Both the position numbers and the translations under genes were made by a program. DNA of 55,909 nucleotides, the filler included, from Platydemus manokwari (lineage: Eukaryota), in the NCBI GenBank assembly GCA_037951405.1. It is 5 parts of 5 records of this genome, joined end to end, with 100 filler letters (N's around TTAATTAATTAA, not from the genome) between each part and the next. Parts side by side here need not be neighbours in the genome. Positions count along the whole stretch, not along the records: positions 1 to 13,249 come from JBBMOY011784727.1; 4 more parts are not named here. One strand, written 5' to 3'. A model generated the notes under the pieces. The model searched no databases. It was not told the DNA's origin and worked only from the letters and a program-made list of their open reading frames with translations. This document shows, in pieces, positions 1 to 10,900 of this stretch (positions are counted from its first letter, which is position 1; each line of letters begins with the position of its first letter).

Positions 1-25
1 TTTGGAATTAATATAATTTAGCTAA

Positions 26-412
26 ATCACAAACCAATATAGAAAACAATTTTCAACAAAATCATCGATACCTGCATGTCACGATAAAACTAGAAATGTT
101 TTGACTCAATACTTATATCGAATCAAGACAAGAATACGTACACGGAAATTTCAGGTTGGATACCAATTTGATACTTTGCAAATTCATTGTGCAAGGTATT
201 AACGTCAATTCTGTTAGATTGAACATCAAAAATGCCTTTCCAATTGTTCCACACCATTGCATATAGAAATGTCTAGATCTCATTGCCGTTGAAGACAAAT
301 TTAACTGATATTTGATAATCATCTCATTTATCATTTATTAACCAATGCATGCATGTAATGGTATGATATCAAATAAGAAGATCAAAAAGATTATCATCAT
401 ATTTCGAATGTT
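26..412. repeat. ~387-bp direct repeat, copy 1 (copy 2 at 1790-2176)
   Basis: ATCACAAACCAATATAGAAAACAATTTTCAAC...CATATTTCGAATGTT recurs at a constant offset of 1764 nt with only scattered substitutions. Confidence 0.95.
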
Positions 413-869
413 AAAATGGTACCTCATAGCATCAAATATGTCTCTGAAGAATATTTCATTAAGGTCCAAATTGATCATAATTGTAATTAATAATGTTGTC
501 CTTTCAGTTCTGGTAATTCATGTACTTCTAAATTATAATATTGAATTTCCTGAGAATTATTTAAAGAAATTTGTTTAAACATGGTTTTTGGTGATCTTCA
601 GGTTTGTGTTTAAAAAATTTGTGTTAAAATATATTTTATCTGAAAAATTTCTTTTTATTATTTCATTTGGAGTAAAACCGTTGTAATTAAACTATATTTT
701 TATTTAAAATACTCTTTATTCTGTGCTCTATTTACAATTCAATGTTTAGTTTCAGAATATTAAATTTTTTAAAATATCAATGTTTAGGAAAATGTTTAGA
801 TTTATTTAGTCTTAGTGACGAAAGTTATTCAACTATTGCACTTTGTAAACTTTTGTGAAAGGAGCTTCC

Positions 870-1038
870 TTTCTTCGTCATCAGTGTTCATGGTTTGGTC
901 CTGCTATGTTGAATATAAACGTAGATATGTTTGCCGTAGTTTTAATATCTTATTTTCTGTGCCTAAATCTGATATATAAATACATAGTAATAGTTGATGA
1001 ATTTTTTACATTAGAATCATACATGAGTTAAGTACAGA
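870..1038. repeat. ~170-bp diverged direct repeat, copy 1 (copy 2 at 3506-3690)
   Basis: Shared blocks TTCTTCGTCAT..GTTCATGGTT, GTAGATATG.TTGCC, TATTTTCTGTGCCTAAATCTGATATAT, AATAGTTGATGAATTTTTTA.ATTAGAATCATA. Confidence 0.85.
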
Positions 1039-1789
1039 TTAAAATGAACATCCATTCTATTATCTTTCTTGTATTTGCTGTTTAGCAATTAAATTTCAAT
1101 TAAATTTCAAACATTATTAGCCTGCCGATATGGATTCAAATTACATTATAATTATAATTCCATATATTTCGGAATTATTGGATTATATTTCAAAATACAT
1201 TAATGATGATGATGGCATAGTAAATGAAATTATATTAGAAAATCTTAATGAAATTCAAAGAGAATACATTATTACAAAATAAATAGATTCTAAAAAAAAA
1301 TTAAAAATTAGAAGCAAAAAATTTCTGTTAACCATCTACCAAAGATTTCTCACAAAGATTAAAAGATTTTGGAAGAGTGTATAATTTTTTATTTCGTTGT
1401 CAGTACTCTTGATACCGTCAAAATTTATTCTGAAGTTATTATTTTGATCGATTTTTCAATTTAATTAACATAGGCTAAAAATATTTCTTTTTTCTTTATT
1501 GAATTTATCAATATGTTGTACATAATTATTGCGGTTATTTTGATTTTCTTAGAAGCATTAAGACGTAAAGAAGCAAGACAATGATGATCATAATTTATAA
1601 TATTTATTGAAGAATTTCTTCTTAAAAATAAAGTTGAATAACTGCTAATACATTTATTTTTGTAATATTTGTTTTCATCTTCGAATTCAAATTTATGCAA
1701 TCCACTGTTGTAAATTTTAATAAATCATCATCAAAATTTCTATTTGAACTATCGAAATAATATAATAAGTGTTTTGATCTTTTTATTTG

Positions 1790-2176
1790 ATCACAAACCA
1801 ATATAGAAAACAATTTTCAACAAAATCATCGATACCTGCATGTCACGATAAAACTAGAAATGTTTTGACTCAATACTTATATCGAATCCAGACAAGAATA
1901 CGTACACGGAAATTTCAGTTTGGATAACAATTTGATACCTTGCTAATTCATCGTACAAGGTATTAACGTCAATTCTTTTAGATTGAACATCAAAAATGAC
2001 TTTCCAATTGTTCCACACCATTGCATATAGAAATGTCTAAATGTCATTGCCGTTGAAGACAAATTTAACTGATATTTGATAATCATCTCATTTACCATTT
2101 ATTAAGCAATGCATGCATGTAATGGTATGATATCAAATAAGAAGATAAAAAAGATTATCATCATATTTCGAATGTT
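1790..2176. repeat. ~387-bp direct repeat, copy 2 (copy 1 at 26-412)
   Basis: Colinear with 26-412. The minus strand reads as an interrupted frame (...VKFVFNGND..FLYAMVWNNWK..FDVQS.RIDVNTL...LKFPCTYSCLDSI). Confidence 0.95.
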
Positions 2177-3254
2177 TAAATAATATATATTATATATTAA
2201 ATATATTGACTATTATGGAACAACAGTCAAAGAATTCCGAATTATCCAAGCTGTTTTTGAGAATTACTGCGAAGCATTCAGCACAACAATTATATTAAAT
2301 ACAAATTTTTATTTCCAATTTTGTCCGCGAACTTTATTTACAACCTAATAATAAAACTGATGACTAATAATAATAATGATAGTAACTAGGGTAATAACAG
2401 TGATGATATGTACAGTAAAAAATATATAATAATAAATAGAAATAATATATTTAAAAAAATTAAATAATAAAATGATAAAAATTATAATTAATTCACAAAG
2501 GAATTTATAAAGAAGAATAAACAATTCGGATTTATCAACAAATAAAAATCGTAACAGAATAAATATAAGCCAACCTAAAAGCATATTTTGAAAGCATTGT
2601 TTGCATAAGCATCCGATTTGCTTTATTCTTGGCATTATCGTTTGTTGAATTGTTATTCTCGAATACGGCAGCTAAGGGAGAATGAAAACAATCTACTGCT
2701 ACACAGGTTCTTTTAGAATCTTTAGAAATTTCATAATTAGGGATTGTCAGTATGGTAGCAGATTTTTCTTTGTCGTTCGAAAGGGGTTTTGTAGAGCGAT
2801 TATAACTATGATAGGCGGGTCTACTTTCTGCGTTAGTCTCATCCGTTGAGCCCCGGTACCGAAGTTGTTGACGGATTGTGTCTCTCGTTAAAACAAATTG
2901 TTTAATTATAAGCAAACTATTGAAATTCATAAACAAATCCCTTCTTATATATTCCTCATTCCTCACAGGGATATCCGTCAAAAAAGAAAAATAATTAATT
3001 AACCAAAGACGATAATAAAAAACTACCCGATAATAAAACAAAACTACCAATTTAATTAAGATAGCGAAATTATATGAAATGGAATTATCTTCTCACGTGT
3101 TATTGAAGACATTGGTAATAAAATAAAATAAAATAAAAAGAAAAATATATTTTTTTTAAAAAAATTTGGGTTTATATCTCTATATGCTATATAGACGAAT
3201 ATTGATAATGAATTGAATTTTGTTTATTTTGTTTAAATAATTGTCTTCGAAAAG

Positions 3255-3318
3255 AATTGAATGTCGAGTCTTTTACAGTCCATTTTGGATGCGTTCTTTT
3301 AAATAGTAGCGGTTTACA
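3255..3318 (-). repeat. Dispersed repeat starting TGTAARCCGCTACT, copy A
   Basis: The reverse complement TGTAAACCGCTACTATTTAAAAGAACGCATCCAAAATGGACTGTAAAAGACTCGACA aligns with copies B-D. Confidence 0.65.
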
Positions 3319-3505
3319 AAAGCCAATATGCTATCATAATAAGTAATTCAACAATGATATGAATGAATATCTATCGGCCATAATATAATTACTAACAACA
3401 TTTTAACGCAACATAGAAAAATAGAGTCAAATCACGCTGGTTTTACATTTTATTATTCAACAAACTACACATTATTATTTGAAATTTTCAATGTTCATGT
3501 TCCAT

Positions 3506-3690
3506 TTCTTCGTCATTAATGTTCATGGTTGAATTATTTATATGTTACCTTTGGTCTTGCTATGTAAGTTTAAATGTAGATATGCTTGCCAATTTTTTAA
3601 TATTTTATTTTCTGTGCCTAAATCTGATATATTAATACAAAGAATAGTTGATGAATTTTTTATATTAGAATCATATAGGAGACAAGTACA
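3506..3690. repeat. ~185-bp diverged direct repeat, copy 2 (copy 1 at 870-1038)
   Basis: See 870-1038. This copy carries an extra ~20 nt after GTTCATGGTT. Confidence 0.85.
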
Positions 3691-4104
3691 AACAACTAGG
3701 AATACCAAATGAAAAAGATATGGTCATACAAAAAAATAAACAAAAACAAAAAACAACAAAATTCCAGTAAGGTGTGATAACAATAAATAACGCCGGTTTT
3801 ACATTTTATTATTAAATAAACTACTTACTATTATTTGAAATTTTAATACTTGATTATCCTTTCAAATACTATTCTGATTGTAATTTTGAAAAAAATTCAT
3901 GACCTAGTACCTATTCTCCATAATATAGGACGATTTTGAGAAAATAAAATTTTTCTAGATTTGAACCCTAACCATTATTTCAACACATATTTGATTTTAC
4001 CACCTCGCCATTTATATTGAAGGCTTTTTAATTTGATACAATTATTTTAAAAACTTGTTTTAACCAACTTACTACTACAAAATTTCCCCTATGTCTTTTG
4101 ACCT

Positions 4105-4319
4105 TTTAAATCAGTGTATTGGAAAAGTTATCAAGAAATATCAAGATATTTTATTGGAGAATTCCAAGATAAGGTAGAATGGTATTTTATTTCAAAAAAA
4201 TATCATTACTTGAAGATTTCATCCGAGAATTCCAAGATGAATTTCAATGGGTAGTTATCCCAAAATTTATAATATTAAAAAAATCTTTTTTTGAAGCATT
4301 TCAAGATAATGGACTTTAA
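4105..4319 (+). pseudogene. Relic of a 23-aa tryptophan-repeat protein (entomopoxvirus 'tryptophan repeat gene family'-like)
   Basis: Manual translation with one frameshift: YQEISRYFIGEFQDKVEWYFISK / LLEDFIREFQDEFQWVVIPKF / IILKKSFFEAFQD. The FQD cores are 68 and 69 nt apart (23-aa period). Matches the recalled consensus LSEDFIREFQDKVDWxxIS. Not in the ORF track. Confidence 0.6.
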
Positions 4320-4949
4320 ATTAATTCAAATATTATTTGTCGTAAAAATTTTTAAAATTGGGACATAAGAGTTTTAAACCTAAGGTGGTCTCTGTGTCGG
4401 ATCGAAATAAAATAAAATTTAATTACAATTACTACAATTACTTCATGTTGTGGTAAGTATCAGTTTACTAACAACAATAAATACTTTAAATACGGAGTTA
4501 TTTAAATTAAATAATTTATATTAAATTAAGTAATAAAACGATGATTGTAATAGAAGAAGAAATTAAATATAATATTATTAAAATTTATTTATTACAATTG
4601 ACAGCTTTAGAGAATAATAAAAATACCGATGACTAAATAATTAAAGCTAAATGTATTTCAAAAGATTAACGCTTAAAAATTTCAGAAATAAAGAATAAAC
4701 AAATTTGAGCGTTACATTAAGCACAAAGCAATCCTTGCAGCTTTTGACGTTGTCTTCAAAGATTCAAAGAAGGTCAGTGGATAACTATAGGATCAGCTTG
4801 ACGAATTCCACTGGCAGCAGATTATTGAAGTATTCAAACTCCTAAAATCAAGACGCATTAACATGAAAAAATCATTGAAGTGATACTTTTTTAAGTGTCT
4901 ATCTAGACAGATCTAGAACCTTACTCACTTGGCCAATCCCTAATCTTGC

Positions 4950-6910
4950 TTAATAGAGAAGCATCCACATCAAAATTTTCAAATGCAAAGAAATGCGGGT
5001 GGCATCGTATTTCTTTAAGTTTGTGGTGACTGATCTTAGCTGGTTTTCCGTTTCTTTGATCATCTGGTAGTGGTGGCTTGGTTCTTTTAGTCGTAACTCA
5101 TGCATATTAATTCTTCGTCCAAACAATATTACAAAAGAAGAATGTTGAATGAAACTTTGATATGTTGCATTGACGATGAATTCTAATCGCGGTATTAATT
5201 TATCACAAGCCTGTTTCTCCGATTTCATTTTTTACCACCATGTCTCGGACTGTCCTAATCATCCTTTCAGCTGAGCCATTTGTCTGATGTTTGTATGGAG
5301 ACGTAAATTCTTGTTTTATTCCAAATATTGTTGCTAATTCTTTCATTTTCCTTCCTTCGAAGACTCTACCCCGATGAGTAAGCATTGATTTTGGGACATC
5401 ATACCTATAGATCCATTTATCGATGATAGCCTTTAAAATACTAGTTTCGTTATCTATCTACTATAATCAACAAATATCTGGTTTAGTCGTAAATTCCCAA
5501 CGTGCGCAACATCAACAATGATCTGATCCAGAGGCCCTTTCCTATATTGAAGTTCAAAAGTAATCCAGAAACCATGTTTGAAACTGAGGGCTAATCAGTT
5601 TCCTAGTTTTTTTCATGTATGTCAAGGCTTTGTGATCGGTGGAAGTCACAAAAGCTCTATCCTCGTGACTTAATAACCTTTTTAATATCTATTAAGAGTT
5701 CTAGAACAAAAGACCATCATTGTCATCCAGCTGACCTAGAACGCTTCCTATTGCTCCGAAACTAGCGTCGGTGTCTAAAATCATCTCCTTGTTTGGACCC
5801 AGAAAGGCCAATATCGGAACTGTGCATAATTGCTCATTTAGGTTTTCAAAACTTTCCTCACACTCTGTACTCCACTCCAATTTCTTGTCACTTCCAGTCA
5901 TCATCGCATATAACGAAGCTGTGAATTATGCATAATCTTTGATAAATCTTCTGTAATAGGAACGACCTCAACTGAGTGATTCAACCAGATTTAATTGCTT
6001 CCTTAATCTTCTTTACTTTATCGCTATTAGTTTGTATACCTTCTGCACTGACCGTATGGCCCAGGAAATACCACTTTCTAGTGCCAAAAGTGCATTTCTC
6101 GATATTGATTTTCAAACCTGATGATTTAATCAACCTAAATACCTTGTCCAATTTCTCATTGTGTTCCTTTACTGTTGTTCCATACACTAAAATATTGTCC
6201 AGATAAACCAGAACGTTTTTGTAAATCAATTCCTTGAATATAGTGTTCATTAGTCTCTGAAACGTTGCTGGTGCTCAGTTCTAGTGCTGAACGCCGTTTC
6301 CATTTTAGAATCTTGCTTAAGTTCAACCTGATAATATGCTTGGCATAAATCTATCGCGGAGAAAACTGTCGCTCTATACACTGAGTCCAATAACGTTTGA
6401 TTGTCAGGTGCAGGAAAAGAAAACTTTTCATTCTGTTCGTTTAATTTTCTGAAGTCTAAACACTTCCTGATCGATCCATCTTTCTTAGGAACCATGACCA
6501 AAGGAGAGTTCAAAGGGCTCTTGCAAGGTGTTATGGTAGTACTTTCTAGAAGATTTTCTATCAATTCTTGAATTTTGATTTCTCAATTTATTGGCTGCCT
6601 TCTAGGATTTTGAGCAATAGGTCCCCCTTTTGTACGGAATTCGATCGATTCCAAATTTGTTAATCCCAAATCGAACTGAGAAGCCATAAAAATTGAGCCC
6701 TTTCTCTTTTATACACCTATTAAATGAAATATCATTCTGGTCAGAAATACTCTTCAGTGTCATTTCGATTCTGTCTTGGTTGCTGTATTGTTTTCCCACA
6801 TTCTTGGCATATATTGGTTTTACACCTGAAAGGAATATTCCACAAGTATTCATCATAACAACTCCTCCGATAAATCCTGGTGAAATTTCTTTTACAATGA
6901 ACTCCTTCAC
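4950..6910 (-). mobile_element. Decayed Ty3/Gypsy LTR-retrotransposon pol (RT-RNaseH-integrase, probable protease remnant upstream)
   Basis: RT motifs SPLVMVPKKDGSIRKCLDFRKLN, FSAIDLCQAYYQV, VYLDNIL, FLGHTVS (5981-6564). RNase H motifs LDTDASFGAIGSVLGQ (5701-5904) and TDHKAL. Integrase motifs IIVDV..PKSMLTHRG..SPYKHQTNGSAER (5203-5540). The order RT-RH-IN is that of Gypsy. Many stops, frameshifts and deletions. Confidence 0.92.
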
Positions 6911-8559
6911 TTGAATTTAGTTATTCTAAAGCATATTCATTAAGCATAAAGCCATTCTGAATGCCATCTTTAAAGAGCATAAGAGAACATCAAATAGCAT
7001 TACTGTGGTTTAAAAAATTATCAAATATTTCAACATTTTCTTTTCTGACGTCCATTTACTAAGTCTGGCAAAAGTTCTAAAAAAGGTCCTAAAATGAAAA
7101 ATATAATTTATTGAGTGTCTCATGCACAAAAATTCATTATAAGAAAAGTAGATCAAAAGACCCTTTGTCTTGACTTAATCCAAAATTTTTAATTTGTTCA
7201 GTGTATTGCAAAATTCTATATAGTTTATTTAATTATATTATTTAAAAACATTTCGAATTTTTAATTTAAGTAATTATGAATATTTTTAGTTTTGTGAAAT
7301 TAAATATTGTAATTTATAGAAAATTACCAAAGGCCTTTTTTTTAACAAATTGAAAGATATTCTCTATCTGTAATTAACTACTTCGATTTAAAATTATAAA
7401 AATTTTAATTTAACAATTCAAATAATCATATAGAAGTGTTTTTATTAGAATAGGAAGTTGGTTTAATAACTATGTTTTGTCTTTATTAGACATCTTAAAA
7501 TTGAGATGTTAACTGTGTTATACGAATAAATCAAACATAGCAATTAAATAATTGTCTCAAGTGCGAAAATTCATAATTACGAAATTAGCTAAAAGAATCA
7601 TTTTTCTTAACTTCAACCGAAAACCAAATTGTATAAACCTCAACGCATAAAGTATCTCTATTCATAAACATAAATTCTTATTTAAATCAAATATCTTTCG
7701 AACCTATTTTAAATTAATAAATTGAAACCTGTAAAAAATGTTATTTTAAAATATTAAAGCTTTAAAAGCACATGAAAAATCATTAAAGCGTTTTGCGAAA
7801 TATAATGAAAGAGCTATTGTCCATGAAGCCAAACAAAGTAGATTCTAATTGAAACTAAAAACAAAATTTAGATTTAATATAAGTGAAGGACATGAATATG
7901 GCTATAATCATTCAACAAATTGTATTTTTTACAGATAATCTCATTGACCATTGACACGTACGCTTATTCAATATGTTTGTATCAACCCTTTCTTAGTTGT
8001 TTGCATAGTTGTCTAAAACATTTCGACTGTTTTTGTGACTATTCATTCAAAATATAAAATTCATTAAAAGACTTTATATAAATAATTATTTTTAAAATAG
8101 AAATCCAACATAAATATATAATTTATTCGTTAACAAACAAAAGATAAAAAACACCTAAAACAAAACTCAGTCGAAGAAAATGTTGATAAAGATATCGTAA
8201 AAATACAACAACACCGAAAATTACTTTAATATGATTGCTATAACACGTCACAAATTACCGAAATTAAATAACTTAATAACCCATATAAAGGAGATAGCAG
8301 ATCGGATGTTGATTATCATATGTAACTAACTTATGTTCCTAGCCATAAATATACTATTCTTGGTGAGCTTAGCATATATATTGAAGATTTCAAAATTGCC
8401 ACGAGTGTACTCCTAATGTAAAAACTTAATTTATTTTTGTCCTTGTTGCCATTAACCTCTGTTTCATCTGTAGAGTGATGTTTATTTTCTCAACTTAGGC
8501 TTTCGAATTCTATTAAGATTAGGTAATGCTTTTTGAAATAATTAATTCCTTTTTTTACG

Positions 8560-9110
8560 CACAGAAACAAATATTGTTTTGCATTTGGATATTCTATGTA
8601 GTTGGTTGTTTTTACCACATCGCTAAATCGTCTGTTGCAGTTTTCTTCTTTGTAATTAGGGGTTTCGTCACCTCTGACATTTCTCCATTGGGGGCTTTCT
8701 TGTTCTTGTTTAGAATGCCTACCTTTTTCGAGGTTTGTGTAGCACTCGTGATGACCTCGATAATGACATCTTTTGCGTCTGGTTATATTTGGACAGTTTC
8801 TAGCTATATGACCTTTTTCATGGCAGGTATAACACTTTTAACCTTTAGGGTTTTACAGTTTCATACTGTATGACCAGTTTTGTTTCAGTTGTACCAATTT
8901 ATGGTCTTCTTTCTCGTTATTTGCACCTTTGTCTTATTATTGGGTTTTCGCCTTGTTATCAAATCATTCGATGTTAAAGCACTCACATTCTTTACTTCAT
9001 GTACGTCATCTAGCTATTTTATTACCGTATTAATCTTCGGTAACTCAACAATATCTTTCATTTTTATCTCTTTCTCCAATTCCGCATCCTCTGAGCTTAC
9101 TTGAACCGTC
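8560..9110 (-). mobile_element. Retroelement Gag/nucleocapsid relic with two CCHC zinc knuckles
   Basis: The minus strand encodes CYTCHEKGHIARNC (8834-8793, a perfect CX2CX4HX4C), preceded by a degenerate WYN*NKTGHTV*NC (8896-8855). Ends are approximate. Confidence 0.8.
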
Positions 9111-9329
9111 AATAAGTCTTAAGTTTATATTTAACTAATCTAATTCGAAACTGACATAGATTTTTATTTGATTTTTGAAATAATCGATGGCTTTTGTGAC
9201 TCGTAACAACCAAGCTTTAGTTGCTAGTATATTTCAACCATTTGGTTTATTGTCATTGAGCCAGTCCATTGATTGAGATTCAGATAGAATGTTGTCGCTA
9301 TTTGATCTAGTTGTGGCAGTGAAAATAAA

Positions 9330-10900
9330 AGACGCTTTTATAACTAGTGAAACATTCAGGTCTTTCAAATTGAGCAATTTAAACGATTGGATTATGTTTT
9401 AAAAGAACTTGATGGAGGGCACATGGTAAAAATATGAGTTTGAGATTCTGTTGGATATAGGCACTTCCGACACGCCATACCATTCATGAATTTCTTGTTG
9501 TTAGGGTGTCGGTTTTTGCTTTGTGGATGAAGTGGAACTCAGCAATCGATAGATACCCATGAAAAGCAATCTTGCTCCACAGTGGGCTAACTGTACCTAA
9601 AAAAGTATTATACCTCCTACTTCTCACTTGCTTTGTCCATTCAATCTGATAAGATTGAACGAAACACCTTCTCAACAACTTTGGAGCCTCCTTGAATTTC
9701 TTGGGCTCTATGATTCCGGAATGAGAAAAGACCCTATATTCAACATGTATGTTTTGGTCGACTCGGAGCATGATGGTTTCATTTATGTAAATAAATTGAA
9801 CCTTAGTGTTTAGTTTTTTTGCTGCATATTTGATCGAATCGCGGACTTTGCCCCACCACGTTTTGCTTCTCTGAGTCTGGGTCAAGTGTGTAATTATCCA
9901 CTCTAGTGCTTGCGATATGTTACAAGTGTCGGTGCATGTTTCTTTTTTTGCAGCCTGGCATAGAGAATGGATCGAAACTTTTCTTATCATTTCGTGTTTA
10001 CTCGTCAGTAGGTAGAAGACATTCATGATGGGTTGCGTAGTGTAATCCTCACACAAGTTTCTAAGCCCACATTCTTCACTTGATTTGGACTAGTACAGGT
10101 AGTTCGTACTACAGTATTTCGGAACTCCTAATATGTTCTTAATGTACTTTCTCATCATGATATCCATCACTAGGAGGCGCGTGCATGTTATGTAGTAGTT
10201 TCTTAAGTAAAAAGTTGACTTTGTTTGAATAAAACGTTCCAGAGCTCTTAATTTTTGCCAAGGTAAAAGGATTGAATCGGTCAGTTTTCCTAAAGCAAGT
10301 TGTAAATCATTAAACAGTCCCTCCGTTGAATTGTGTAATTTGAGACTAAAGTTAACTCCAAGATACCTATAATGGTCTTCTAAGGTAATTGTTGGTATCT
10401 CTTCATTGTTAACTTTAATCTTATCAAGGAGGGATCCTTTCCTTACATTATGGACGTAGCCACATTTTACTGCCTTAAATTTAAAACCCAAAATAGTGGC
10501 TAGGTCGGTGGCCTCGTTTATCATGTCCTGAATACTATCTCAATTCATCCCGATCAGCGCAAGGTCGTCTGCATAAGCCAGGCACGATATTTTGTGATTC
10601 GCCACGAGTAGCCCTCCAAGCTTGTTATTTTCCAATTTGACCAAGATTGGGTTCATAGCAATATTAAAAAGCAGCATTGAGATAGGGCACTCTTGGCGGA
10701 TCCCGCGCTTCATCTCGTTTGGATTCGTCTCATAGTCACCACATTTCAGTGTAGTCTTGCAGTTCCTATAGAGACTTTTTATAAACTTGGTGGAGTTAGA
10801 ATCAAGACCCATGTGTTTTAAAAGTCCAATCATTGCCTCAATGCTTATTGAAGGAAAGGCTTCCTCGATGTCCATAAATGAAATATGGATGTCATCTCTT
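9330..10900 (-). mobile_element. 5'-truncated, decayed non-LTR retrotransposon of the restriction-like endonuclease (RLE) group (NeSL/Utopia/R2-like)
   Basis: RT motifs FMDIEEAFPSI, RGIRQECPISMLLFN, LAYADDL, YRYLGV and LLPWQKLRAL. Downstream CX2CX8HX4C finger CRKCLYPTESQTHIFTMC (9472-9419), then KHN and RPE resembling the RHN/RPD RLE motifs. Stops and frameshifts lie between the ORFs. Confidence 0.88.

Noticed and set aside
795-845. GTC-TTAGT-GAC-GAAA-GTT-ATTC-AAC-TA looks like hammerhead ribozyme stems II/III
   Set aside because: The CTGA(N)GA catalytic core is absent and stem I cannot form.
850-895. Minus-strand CTGATGA-CGAA-GAAA-GGA-AGC-TCC resembling a minimal hammerhead
   Set aside because: No stem II and no stem I pairing. 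The paralogous copy at ~3510 lacks the core.
26-2176. 387-bp direct repeats as a pair of LTRs
   Set aside because: No TG..CA ends, PBS/PPT or TSD seen, and the repeat reads as broken coding sequence. A local duplication fits better.
5976-6914. Plus-strand ORFs 5976-6206 and 6693-6914
   Set aside because: Antisense to Gypsy pol.
8526-9104. Hydrophobic plus-strand ORFs 8526-8873 and 8880-9104 resembling membrane proteins
   Set aside because: Antisense shadows of the A-rich minus-strand Gag relic.
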